This document shows positions 1 to 8,359 of a stretch of DNA of 52,217 nucleotides, piece by piece. The position numbers were made by a program, and so were the translations under genes. Source of the stretch: Candidatus Eiseniibacteriota bacterium (GTDB lineage Bacteria; Eisenbacteria; RBG-16-71-46; DASYSL01); assembly GCA_046598045.1 (NCBI GenBank), contig JBKJJJ010000107.1, positions 1 through 52,217 of the forward strand, given 5' to 3'. Every line of letters starts with the position of its first letter. Within the stretch, counting starts at the first letter, position 1. The notes under the pieces are model-generated. The model saw nothing but the letters and a program-made list of their open reading frames with translations, searched no databases and was not told the origin of the DNA.

Positions 1-75
1 CTTCTTGGCAGCCTTCTTCGTGGACTTCTTGGCAGCCTTCTTCGTGGCCTTCTTCTTCGAAGCCTTCTTCGCCAT
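1..75 (-). CDS. Lys/Ala-rich histone H1-like basic protein (5' part only; runs off window)
   Basis: Reads MAKKASKKKATKKAAKKSTKKAAKK from ATG at 75, preceded by strong SD GGAGGGGGTGA. Absent from the ORF track because it is truncated. Confidence 0.7.
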   Translation of the reverse strand, partial: MAKKASKKKATKKAAKKSTKKAAKK

Positions 76-100
76 GCGAAATCACCCCCTCCGTGGCATG

Positions 101-128
101 TGTTCGGTGGATTGGGCGCCGGACTTCA
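101..128 (-). promoter_or_regulatory. Possible sigma28-type promoter of the histone-like gene
   Basis: TGAAG-N15-ACCGAACA, the same spacing as the csrA candidate (TCAAG-N15-GCCGAAAA). Imperfect match to TAAA-N15-GCCGATAA. Confidence 0.35.
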
Positions 129-152
129 GTCGAAATCCGGAGGACCGGTGCT

Positions 153-557
153 TCAGCCCAACCTGCCGCCAGGCGTTGCCGCCCGGGCGTCATTCCCTGT
201 GACGATCTGCTCCAGACGCTCGAGCATCTCGCCGAGATCGAACGGCTTCCGGAAGAAACCTGCGACGGACAGTTCGAGCGCGCGGCTCCGCATGCTCGCG
301 GTCTCGTAGGCCGTCATCAGGATCGCGGGGGTCGCGTCACGCTCGGCGCGCATGCGCTCGAGGAGGGACACCCCCGACTCTCCGGGCAAGCGGTGGTCGA
401 GAACGACCACGTCGTAGCGGTGGTGCGGAAACAGGCGCACTGCCGCGGCTTCAGCGCTGTCGGCGGTCACGGCTTCCCAGCCGGCGTCGCGCAGCGCGTT
501 TGCGAGCGTGCGTGCGAGCAAGATTTCGTCATCCACGATGAGCACGCTCTTGAGCAC
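153..557 (-). CDS. Single-domain response regulator (receiver only)
   Basis: LIVDDE, VVVLD (phospho-Asp), LMTA and KPF motifs. GTG start at 557 has SD GGAGG at 564-568. Confidence 0.9.
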   Translation of the reverse strand: MLKSVLIVDDEILLARTLANALRDAGWEAVTADSAEAAAVRLFPHHRYDVVVLDHRLPGESGVSLLERMRAERDATPAILMTAYETASMRSRALELSVAGFFRKPFDLGEMLERLEQIVTGNDARAATPGGRLG

Positions 558-589
558 ATCCCACCTCCAGACTTCCACGGCGATCCAAT

Positions 590-605
590 TGCACCCGCCG
601 TGCCA
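590..605 (-). promoter_or_regulatory. Sigma54 (-24/-12) promoter
   Basis: TGGCACGGCGGGTGCA has exact GG-N10-GC spacing and lies about 30 nt upstream of the receiver start codon. Confidence 0.8.
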
Positions 606-616
606 AGTCCTTGATT
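604..616 (-). promoter_or_regulatory. IHF-like binding site
   Basis: AATCAAGGACTTG matches WATCAANNNNTTR. A near match TTTCAACGTGTTA follows at 617-629 (+), in an AT-enriched intergenic stretch. Confidence 0.5.
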
Positions 617-624
617 TTTCAACG

Positions 625-850
625 TGTTAGGAAATCTTACAGCGACAAACCATTGCCCCACAGTGCGTTACGGAAAACGGAGATCTCGTGCGCGGGCGTG
701 GACGCCGGGGCAAACGCGGTGGGATAACGACTTAGGGGCTTCGGGGTGTCAGGTTTCTTGACAGTCGGGCGGGGCGCAACATTCAAGCGTGTTCGAATCA
801 AAGGAGTTACGGGTTTTGTTCGATTTCCTTACATGTCGCGTTCTTTGACA
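625..850. promoter_or_regulatory. Four TGT-N11-ACA dyads, candidate enhancer (UAS) sites for a sigma54 activator
   Basis: 625-641 TGTTA-N7-TTACA; 747-763 TGTCA-N7-TGACA (perfect arms); 817-833 TGTTC-N7-TTACA; 834-850 TGTCG-N7-TGACA. Confidence 0.55.
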
Positions 851-2208
851 TCACTCACGTCGTAATCCATGCGCTTGAGCTTCTCGATGAGCGTCGGCCG
901 CGAGATTCCGAGGATGCGCGCGGCGCGCGACTTGTTGCCGACGGTCATGCGAATCACTTGCTTGATGTGGCGTTCCTCGATTTCGGCGAGCGAGAGCGAG
1001 GAGCGCGGCGCCGCGCCGCTCGCGTCGGCGACGGCCTCGGTGATTTCCTGCGGCAAGTGCCCGACGCCGAGCGTCGGTCCTTTCTCGAGCAGGACAATGC
1101 GCTCGATCAGGTTGCGCAATTGGCGGACGTTGCCCGGCCAGGAGTAGCGCATGAGGAACTCGGCTGCTTCGGGGCCGACGTCGACGAATGACTTCTTGAA
1201 CTTGCGGCTGAACTCCGCGAGGAAGTGGCGCGCGAGCAGCAGCACGTCCTCCCCGCGCTCGCGCAGGGGCGGCATGTGGATGCTCACGACCTTCAGGCGG
1301 TAGAACAGGTCCTCCCGAAAACGCTCCTTCTGGACCTCGTCCACGAGTCGCTTGTTGGTCGCGGTCACGATCCTGAGGTCGACCGCGATGTTTTCGGTCC
1401 CGCCGACGCGCTTGAACTGGCGCTGGTCGATGAAGCGCAGCAGCATGGCCTGCGTGCCGAGCGGCATCTCCCCCACTTCGTCGAGGAACAGCGTGCCCTG
1501 GTCGCACAACTCGACCAGCCCCTTCTTGACCTCACGCGCGTCGGTGAACGCGCCCTTCTCGTGGCCGAACAGCTCGTTGTTGAGCAGGGGCTCCTGGAAC
1601 TGCGAGCAATTGACCTCGACCAGCGGGAACTCGGCCCGTCCCGAGCGGTAGTGGAGCGCGCGGGCCGCCAGTTCCTTGCCGGTCCCGGATTCGCCCTCGA
1701 TCAGGACGGTCTGGGCCTCGGAGGCGGCGACGCGGGCGAGCAACTCCCTCAATTCGACGAGCGCGGGGCTCTCCCCGAGGATCTCCTCGGCCAGGAAGCG
1801 CTCCAGCGCGGGGCGCCGAAACGCCTCGAGCTCGGTCTCCCGGGCGAATGCCTGCGCCGCGCTCTCGACCGCGAGCGTGATCTCGTCGAGTTCGTAGGGC
1901 TTGCGCACGAAATCGGCCGCGCCGAGCTTCATGGCCTCGACCGCCGAGTCGACGTCGCCGAACGCCGTGATCACGATCACCTGGGTGTCGGCCGCCGCCG
2001 CCTTGACGCGCCTCAGGACCGAGAGCCCGTCGGTATCCGGCAGGCGCATGTCGAGGATCGCGACCTGCGGCCGGATGCGCTCGACCAGCTCGACGCCGGC
2101 CGAGCCGGTCGCCGCGGTCTCGACGCGGTAACCCCGCGCGCGCAGGACCTTGGTCAGCGACTTGCGGATCAGCAGCTCGTCGTCGATGACGACGATGTTC
2201 GGGTTCAT
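829..2208 (-). CDS. Sigma54-dependent response regulator (REC-AAA+-Fis HTH, NtrC/AtoC family)
   Basis: Receiver domain, Walker A GESGTGKE, GAFTDA loop, LFLDE, WPGNVRQL and HTH GNKSRAARILGISR. Confidence 0.97.
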   Translation of the reverse strand: MNPNIVVIDDELLIRKSLTKVLRARGYRVETAATGSAGVELVERIRPQVAILDMRLPDTDGLSVLRRVKAAAADTQVIVITAFGDVDSAVEAMKLGAADFVRKPYELDEITLAVESAAQAFARETELEAFRRPALERFLAEEILGESPALVELRELLARVAASEAQTVLIEGESGTGKELAARALHYRSGRAEFPLVEVNCSQFQEPLLNNELFGHEKGAFTDAREVKKGLVELCDQGTLFLDEVGEMPLGTQAMLLRFIDQRQFKRVGGTENIAVDLRIVTATNKRLVDEVQKERFREDLFYRLKVVSIHMPPLRERGEDVLLLARHFLAEFSRKFKKSFVDVGPEAAEFLMRYSWPGNVRQLRNLIERIVLLEKGPTLGVGHLPQEITEAVADASGAAPRSSLSLAEIEERHIKQVIRMTVGNKSRAARILGISRPTLIEKLKRMDYDVSDVKERDM

Positions 2209-3302
2209 CCCTTCTCACCCGAGTCGACGGTGAGCGGGAAGGAGACGCGGAACGTCGCGCCGCCCGAGGAGTTGTTCTTCGCCGTGATGACGCCGCCGTG
2301 GTCGCGCGCGATCTGCAGCGAGATCGAGAGCCCGAGCCCGGTGCCCATCGAGCGCGTGGTGAAAAACGGGTCGAAGATCTTCTCCATCGCTTCCTTGGGG
2401 ATGCCCTTGCCCGTGTCCGAGAACGACACGTCCACGAACGAGCGGCGCGTGCGATAGCGGCGCACGCCGGTCGCGATCGTGAGCTTGCCGCCCTGCGGCA
2501 TGGCCTGGATCGCGTTCAGGCAAAGATTGAGGAAGACCTGCTGCACGAGGTCGGAGTCGAGCCAGACCTCGGGGAGGTCGTCGGCGAAGTCGCGCTCGAG
2601 TTCGACGCCCTGGTCGGCAAGTTGGAGCTCGATGCCGGCGAGCGTCTTCTCGACCACGCCGTGCACGTCCGAAAGCGCCGGGCGGCCGCTCTGGGGGCGG
2701 GCGAACAGCAGGAGACCGGTGATGATCTGCTCGATCCGGTCGAGCTCCTTGATCACGTCGTCGAGATCCTCCCGCCGCGAGTCCGTGGGCTTGAGCTTGC
2801 TCGAGACGAACTGCACCGTGGTGCGGATGCCGGTGAGCGGATTCCGGATCTCGTGCGCGACGTACGCCGAGAGCTCGCCGAGCGAGACCAGGCGGTCGAT
2901 CTTCTTCTGGAATTCGCCATCCTCGGTCTCGGCGACCGCGTCGGCGAGCACGACCGAGCCCAGGATCTCGCCGCTCTCGGTCCGCATCTGCACGGCCTCG
3001 GCCTTGAGCGTGACCTCGCGGCCCTCGGCCTGGAGCTTGAACTCGCGCGATTCCGAGGAAGCGCCCCGGAGCCAGCGGGCATCGACGCCCTGGAACAGCT
3101 CGCGCGCGGCCTGCCCGAGCAGGGACTCGGGCGGAACGCCGAGCAATTCCTCGATGCGGCGGTTCGCGTAGAGCACGCGCCGTTCGCGATCGAGCGCGAC
3201 CACCACCTGGTCGAGCGCATCGAGGACCTGTGCGGTCAAGCCGGGAGGCGCGAGATCGGGAGCGGGAGCGGCGACGTCTTCGGTTGCGGCCTTGGCGGCC
3301 AT
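2205..3302 (-). CDS. Cytoplasmic PAS-domain sensor histidine kinase (NtrB/AtoS-like)
   Basis: PAS-like N-terminus, H-box AHEIRNPL, N box NAIQAM, DTGKG and GTGLGL. Overlaps the regulator start by 4 nt. Confidence 0.95.
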   Translation of the reverse strand: MAAKAATEDVAAPAPDLAPPGLTAQVLDALDQVVVALDRERRVLYANRRIEELLGVPPESLLGQAARELFQGVDARWLRGASSESREFKLQAEGREVTLKAEAVQMRTESGEILGSVVLADAVAETEDGEFQKKIDRLVSLGELSAYVAHEIRNPLTGIRTTVQFVSSKLKPTDSRREDLDDVIKELDRIEQIITGLLLFARPQSGRPALSDVHGVVEKTLAGIELQLADQGVELERDFADDLPEVWLDSDLVQQVFLNLCLNAIQAMPQGGKLTIATGVRRYRTRRSFVDVSFSDTGKGIPKEAMEKIFDPFFTTRSMGTGLGLSISLQIARDHGGVITAKNNSSGGATFRVSFPLTVDSGEKG

Positions 3303-3427
3303 GCGTGTGGCCTCTCGAACGTGCGACGTGAGCGGCGTGGCGGATGGGTGGAAGTTGCAGGCAATGGTGCGCCGAGGTCAACGCTTTTCGCAGCCCGCAG
3401 CCCGTCCGGGACACGCGTCCCCGCGCG

Positions 3428-3457
3428 TTGTGGCGCGCGTTCGTCCCGTGATACACT
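3428..3457 (+). promoter_or_regulatory. Possible sigma70 promoter
   Basis: TTGTGG-N18-TACACT upstream of the PPIase gene. Confidence 0.3.
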
Positions 3458-3541
3458 CCGCCATCTCTGCCGCACACGACCCCGGACGTCCGATGATCCC
3501 GCTCCGGGTGGCGGCACACCCCGGATCGGAGTCTCGGACGA

Positions 3542-5371
3542 ATGCTCAAGCACTTTCGCAGCGGGTCGAAGCGCATCCGCACGCTGTGGTGGATCCTGAC
3601 CATCGGTACGGTCGTCACTTTCATCGGCGGATTCATCTTCATCTTCGGGTCGGGCGTCGGCGACAAGGACCAGGCGACCAGCGCGCCGAGCGTGGTCGGC
3701 ACGGTCGGCGGCACGCCGATCAGCCAGACCGAGCTCGCGGCCGCCACCCAGACCGCCCTCGCCCAGTACCAGGCGCAGTACGGCAGCACGCCCACGGGCC
3801 GCGACGCCGCGATCCTGCACGAGCAGGTGTGGAACAACCTGCTGACCGAGCGCGCGATCGAGGCCGAGGCCAAGCGCCTCGGCCTGACCGTGAGCGACCC
3901 GGAGGTCGTGTTCGCGGCGAAGAACACGCCCCCGCCGGACATCGCGCAGACGCCCGCGCTCATGACCAACGGCCGCTTCGACCCCCGGAAGTGGGAGCAA
4001 CTGCTCGCGGACCCCGGGCGCAACTGGAGCTGGCTCGAGGATCGCCTGCGGCGGAGCCTCCCCGGCCAGCGGCTGGAAGAGCGGGTGATCGCCGGCGTCA
4101 AGATCTCCGAGCCCGAGCTCCGGCGACTCTATGACCTGCAGTACCAGAATGCGGTCGCCACGGTGGCCCTGCTGCCGCTCGACATGGCGCCCATCGACTC
4201 GACCCGGCTCAACGACGCGGCGCTCAAGGCCCATTACGCGGCCCACAAGGCCGACTTCGCCGGTCCCGAACAAGCGCAGACCGACGTGGTGTCGATCCCG
4301 CGCTCGGTCGGTCCCGAGGAGGAGCGCATCGCGAGGGTCGATGCCGAGGGCATCGTGGCCCAGGCCAGGAGCGGGAAGGACTTCGCGGAGCTGGCGAAGG
4401 CGTTCTCCGAGGGCCCCTACGCCGACAAGGGCGGCGACCTCGGCCAGGACGTGCCGCTGTCGCGGTTGCCGCAGAGCCTCCAGCCCGCGCTCACCACGTT
4501 GCCGATCGGCGGCATCACCGACGCAATCCGCGAGGGCAACACGTTCTTCATCTTCCAGCTCAAAGACCGCAAGTTGGTCAACAACGAGCCGGTCGTGCGC
4601 CTGTCGCAGATCCAGAAGCCGATCCACCCCTCGCGAGAGTCGATGAACCGCGACGCGGAGCTGATCCTCAAGCTGCGCAAGGAGGGTGCGAACGGCAAGC
4701 TCGCGCAGGCGGCGGCCGCGCACCAGCTCGCGTCGGTCAACACCGGCTGGTTCGGGCAGAGCGAGTACGTGCCGGTGTTCATCCAGCAGCCGCAGATCCA
4801 GCTCTGGGCGATGACCGCGCCCAAGGGCGAGATCAGCCGCGCCTACGCGAGCGATGCGGGTTGGGTGATGGCGCAGGTGACGGACCGGCGGGCCGCCGGG
4901 CCGCGGCCGTACGACCAGGCGAAGGACGAGGTCAAGCGGGCGCTCGAGCTGTCGCTCAGGCAGGCCAAGCCGCTCGCCGCCGCGCAGAGGATCGTCGATG
5001 CGGTGCACTCCGGGCAGACGCTCGAGGCGGCGGCGCAGGCGAACGGGGCGGTGGTGTTCCAGACGCAGCCGTTCCCGCGCAGCAGGCCGGACCAGCGGCT
5101 CGCGGTCGCGCCGCGCGCGGTCGGACAGGCGTTCGGGCTGACGCCGGGGCAGATCGGCTCGCCGATCGCGACTGCGAACGGCGTCGTGATCGTGCGCAAG
5201 GACTCGGAGCAGGCGGGTTCGGTCGCGCAGTACGACTCGCTCAAGTCCTCGCTCAGCCAATCGCTCCTGCAGGCGCGGCAGCGCCGCTTCGTGACCGCGT
5301 GGGTGCAGAAGACGCTCGCGGCGGCGAAGGTCGAGGACAAGCGCCAGGCGATCGAAGACGCACCGCAGTAA
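3542..5371 (+). CDS. Membrane-anchored periplasmic chaperone / parvulin PPIase (PpiD/SurA family)
   Basis: N-terminal TM anchor, SurA-N-like region and rotamase motif DFAELAKAFSEGPYADKGGDLG; 609 aa. Confidence 0.88.
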   Translation: MLKHFRSGSKRIRTLWWILTIGTVVTFIGGFIFIFGSGVGDKDQATSAPSVVGTVGGTPISQTELAAATQTALAQYQAQYGSTPTGRDAAILHEQVWNNLLTERAIEAEAKRLGLTVSDPEVVFAAKNTPPPDIAQTPALMTNGRFDPRKWEQLLADPGRNWSWLEDRLRRSLPGQRLEERVIAGVKISEPELRRLYDLQYQNAVATVALLPLDMAPIDSTRLNDAALKAHYAAHKADFAGPEQAQTDVVSIPRSVGPEEERIARVDAEGIVAQARSGKDFAELAKAFSEGPYADKGGDLGQDVPLSRLPQSLQPALTTLPIGGITDAIREGNTFFIFQLKDRKLVNNEPVVRLSQIQKPIHPSRESMNRDAELILKLRKEGANGKLAQAAAAHQLASVNTGWFGQSEYVPVFIQQPQIQLWAMTAPKGEISRAYASDAGWVMAQVTDRRAAGPRPYDQAKDEVKRALELSLRQAKPLAAAQRIVDAVHSGQTLEAAAQANGAVVFQTQPFPRSRPDQRLAVAPRAVGQAFGLTPGQIGSPIATANGVVIVRKDSEQAGSVAQYDSLKSSLSQSLLQARQRRFVTAWVQKTLAAAKVEDKRQAIEDAPQ

Positions 5372-5392
5372 GGGCAAGGAGAGCAGACGCGC

Positions 5393-5427
5393 AAAGGGGG
5401 ACCGCCGGCGACGGCGATCCCCCTTTT
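5393..5427. terminator. Bidirectional intrinsic terminator
   Basis: AAAGGGGGACCGCCG-gcga-CGGCGATCCCCCTTTT between convergent genes. Confidence 0.75.
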
Positions 5428-5456
5428 GATGTTCGATGGGGTGCCCGCGGTGCGGG

Positions 5457-5657
5457 TCAATTGATCGGCGGCTGATCCTTGCGGGGCGGCGCCTCGACAT
5501 CCTTCGGGTCGTCCTCGGTCAGCTCGCGCGTCGCCTTCTTGAACTCGCGCATTCCCTGCCCGAGATTGCGCGCAAACTTCGGAATCTGGTTCGCCCCGAA
5601 GAGCACCAGGACGATGACGAAAATGACCAGCAGTTCACCCACTCCCAGTTGCGGCAT
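5457..5657 (-). CDS. tatA: Twin-arginine translocase TatA/TatE subunit
   Basis: MPQLGVGELLVIFVIVLVLFGANQIPKFARNLGQGMREFKKA is the TatA TM + FG hinge + amphipathic helix signature. Confidence 0.92.
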   Translation of the reverse strand: MPQLGVGELLVIFVIVLVLFGANQIPKFARNLGQGMREFKKATRELTEDDPKDVEAPPRKDQPPIN

Positions 5658-5662
5658 CTTCC

Positions 5663-6208
5663 CTACCCCCGTCCGTTCGGATCCTTGCCCTCGCCCCACG
5701 GCGAGCGCCCGCGGTCCTTGCCCACGACCACGGTGACATCGGCCTCCGAGCGCGCGCGTTGCGTCACCCGGCCCACGTCGCCGAGGTAGCGCACCACCGC
5801 GCGCGACGGCCGCCCATCCTCGGTGCGCGCCACGACCAGCGTTCGCAGGTAGTCATAGCGGTCGGCCGAGCCCACCGACACCACATTAAACCCTCCCTCG
5901 CGCAGATACGATGCCAGTTTCGCGGCCGCACCGGGTTCGCCGGAGCCGTTCAGGACTTCGATCCGGACGGGCGCGTCGGGCCGCGGTCCGGCGGGCGCGA
6001 GCGGGGCCCCGACGCGCACGGGCGCGGGCCTCCGCGCCGGGGCGCCCGGCCCCCACCAGCGCCACGCGGCCGATCCCCCGAGCAGGACAACCAGCGCCAG
6101 CAGCGCGGGCAGCAGCCAGCCCGGCGCCCCGCCGACCTCGGATTCGTCGCGCGGCGGCGGACGGCGCAGGTTGCGCCGCGGAGTGCGGGCGCGGGGCGGG
6201 GCGTTCAC
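5663..6208 (-). CDS. LytR C-terminal (LytR_C) domain membrane protein
   Basis: Single TM, then IEVLNGSGEPGAA...ADVTVVVGKD. GTGA overlap with the HIT stop. Confidence 0.8.
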   Translation of the reverse strand: MNAPPRARTPRRNLRRPPPRDESEVGGAPGWLLPALLALVVLLGGSAAWRWWGPGAPARRPAPVRVGAPLAPAGPRPDAPVRIEVLNGSGEPGAAAKLASYLREGGFNVVSVGSADRYDYLRTLVVARTEDGRPSRAVVRYLGDVGRVTQRARSEADVTVVVGKDRGRSPWGEGKDPNGRG

Positions 6209-6699
6209 GGGCGCGCGCGCGCCAGCGCCCGGGCAAGCCGCGCGTAGGTGTCCGCGAGGTCCTCGGGCAGCACGCGCGTCTCGCCGAGCACGGTCATGAA
6301 ATTGGTGTCGCCCTCCCAGCGCGGCACGATGTGGATGTGCAGGTGGCCGAGCACGCCTGCTCCCGCGCAACGCCCGAGGTTGACCCCGAGGTTCATCCCC
6401 TGTGGCTTGTAGACGCGCTGGATCGCGTGCTCGGCGCGCGCGACCATCTCCCAGACGTCGGCGCGCTCGGCGGTGGTCAGCGCCGCCATCGTGCCGACGT
6501 GGCGCTTGACCGCGACCATCGCGTGGCCCGAGGTGTACGGGAACGCGTTGAGCACGAGGAACGCGTTGCGATTGCGCTCGAGGATCCAGCGCTTCGGGTC
6601 GTCGCCCGTTCGCTTGAGCGCGCAGAACAGGCAGCCCTTCACGCGCGCGGCGTGGGCGACGTACTTCATCCTCCAGCCGGCGAACAGGCGCTGCATCAT
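6205..6699 (-). CDS. HIT family nucleotide hydrolase/phosphorylase (Ap4A phosphorylase-like)
   Basis: CLFC, LNAFPYTSGH, histidine triad HLHIHIVPRW and GDTNF. ATGA overlap at 6696-6699. Confidence 0.92.
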   Translation of the reverse strand: MMQRLFAGWRMKYVAHAARVKGCLFCALKRTGDDPKRWILERNRNAFLVLNAFPYTSGHAMVAVKRHVGTMAALTTAERADVWEMVARAEHAIQRVYKPQGMNLGVNLGRCAGAGVLGHLHIHIVPRWEGDTNFMTVLGETRVLPEDLADTYARLARALARARP

Positions 6700-7466
6700 C
6701 CCTCCGTCCCGCGCGCCCGGAAGGCGCGTTCGGCGTCGGCCAACTGGGCGCCCGTGTTGACGCCGAGCACCTCGGCTGCGTCGTCGACCTTGAGCGCGAG
6801 GATCGGGCGCCCCTCGGCCGCGAGCAACGCGATCGTGTCGGTGAGGTAGAACTCGCCCTGGCGATTGTCGTCGGTCACCCGCGCCAGAGCACCGGTCACC
6901 GCGGCGCGGTCGAACACGTAGTCCGCGCTGTTGATCTCGTGCAGCGCGCGCTCCTCCGCGGTGGCGTCCTTGTGTTCGACGATGCGCGCCACCTCGCCCG
7001 AGGGCGCGCGCACGATGCGGCCGTAGCCGCTCGGATCCACCAGCTCCGCGGTCAGGATCGTCGCGCCGGCCCGGCGCGAGCGGTGGAGCCCGAGCAACTG
7101 CTCGATCGTGCGCGCGCGGATCAGCGGCGCATCGCCGCAGAGGACGATCAGTTCGTCCCCGGTGCCCATCGCCTCGACCACGGGCAGCGCGCACGAGAGC
7201 GCATGCCCCGTCCCCCGCTGCTCGGCCTGCACCGCCGAGCGGACCTCCATGGCCGGGCTGCCCGGGCGCCGCGCGATGTACTCGGTCACCTGCTCGCGGC
7301 GCGCGCCCACGACCACGACCGCGCGGGCCACGCCGGCCCGCTCGCAGGCGATGAGCACGTGCTCGAGCAGCGGTTTGCCATCGAGCGGGTGCAGCACCTT
7401 CGCCAGGTCGGAGGCCATGCGCCTGCCCTCGCCCGCGGCCAGGATGACGGCGGTCTCGTCGCTCAC
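6696..7466 (-). CDS. Stand-alone GlmU-type N-acetylglucosamine-1-phosphate uridyltransferase domain
   Basis: ILAAGEGRRMASDLAKVLH, QRGTGHA, GYGRIVR, IVEHKDA, QGEFYLTD and GVNT. 256 aa with no beta-helix acetyltransferase domain. Confidence 0.88.
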   Translation of the reverse strand: MSDETAVILAAGEGRRMASDLAKVLHPLDGKPLLEHVLIACERAGVARAVVVVGARREQVTEYIARRPGSPAMEVRSAVQAEQRGTGHALSCALPVVEAMGTGDELIVLCGDAPLIRARTIEQLLGLHRSRRAGATILTAELVDPSGYGRIVRAPSGEVARIVEHKDATAEERALHEINSADYVFDRAAVTGALARVTDDNRQGEFYLTDTIALLAAEGRPILALKVDDAAEVLGVNTGAQLADAERAFRARGTEG

Positions 7467-8359
7467 CGCGCGCCCCCGAGGGAGACCTTCAGGTTGTCGA
7501 TCAGGCGCGCCGAGGGAAAGCGCGCGGCCACCACGAGCAGGCCGGCGCGCGCGCCCTTCGCGGGCGGGCCGAACGTCGAAGGGTCGACGAGTTGCGCGTA
7601 GTCGATCCGCGCGAGCGGCGCGCCCGCCAGCACGGCGCGCATCGCGCGCTCCGCCTCCGCCGCGCGGCGCGCAAGCGTTCCGCGCGCGCCACCGCGGGCG
7701 GTCAGGCGCGCGCGACCGGCGCACAGCGCGGCGTAGAGCACCGGGGCCTGCGCGCGTTCGCGGGCGGTCAAGCGGGCGTTGCGCGAGCTCATCGCGAGGC
7801 CATCCCGCTCGCGCACCGTGGGCCCCACGCGCACGGCGAGGGCGAAGTCGAGGTCCTGGACCATGCACCCGAGCACGGCGACCTGTTGCGCGTCCTTCTG
7901 CCCGAGCCACAGCTCGTCGGGCTCGACGACATGCAGCAGCTTGCTCACGACCGTGGCCACACCCGCGAAGTGCCCCGGACGATACGCACCCTCGAGGCGC
8001 TCGCCCACGCCGCCCACGAACACGCGCGGGGCGTGGCCCGGCGCGTAGAAGCTCGCTGCGCGCGGCGCGAACACGACGTCGACGCGCGCGCGCCGGAGCA
8101 GGGCGCGATCGCGCGCGAGGTCGCGCGGGTAGCCCGCGAGGTCCCTCGCGGCGTCGAACTGGAGCGGGTTGACGAACACGCTCACGACCACGCGGTCGGC
8201 CACGCGGGCGGCGCGCTCGACCAGCGAGAGGTGCCCCTCGTGCAGGTAGCCCATGGTCGGGACGAACGCGACCCGCTCCCCGCGCGCCCGCCAGCCACGC
8301 ACGAGCGCGCGCACGCGCTGAGGCGATGCCATCCACGCCCCGGGCGCCTCACGCGCCAT
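7463..8359 (-). CDS. panC: Pantoate--beta-alanine ligase
   Basis: FVPTMGYLHEGH, FVNPLQF, RPGHFAGV, GQKDAQQ, GLAMSSRN and RLIDN. Confidence 0.97.
   Translation of the reverse strand: MAREAPGAWMASPQRVRALVRGWRARGERVAFVPTMGYLHEGHLSLVERAARVADRVVVSVFVNPLQFDAARDLAGYPRDLARDRALLRRARVDVVFAPRAASFYAPGHAPRVFVGGVGERLEGAYRPGHFAGVATVVSKLLHVVEPDELWLGQKDAQQVAVLGCMVQDLDFALAVRVGPTVRERDGLAMSSRNARLTARERAQAPVLYAALCAGRARLTARGGARGTLARRAAEAERAMRAVLAGAPLARIDYAQLVDPSTFGPPAKGARAGLLVVAARFPSARLIDNLKVSLGGAR

Noticed and set aside
3360..3373. Possible sigma54 promoter upstream of the first kinase (CGGCGCACCATTGC, minus strand)
   Set aside because: GG-to-GC spacing is 9, not the obligatory 10.
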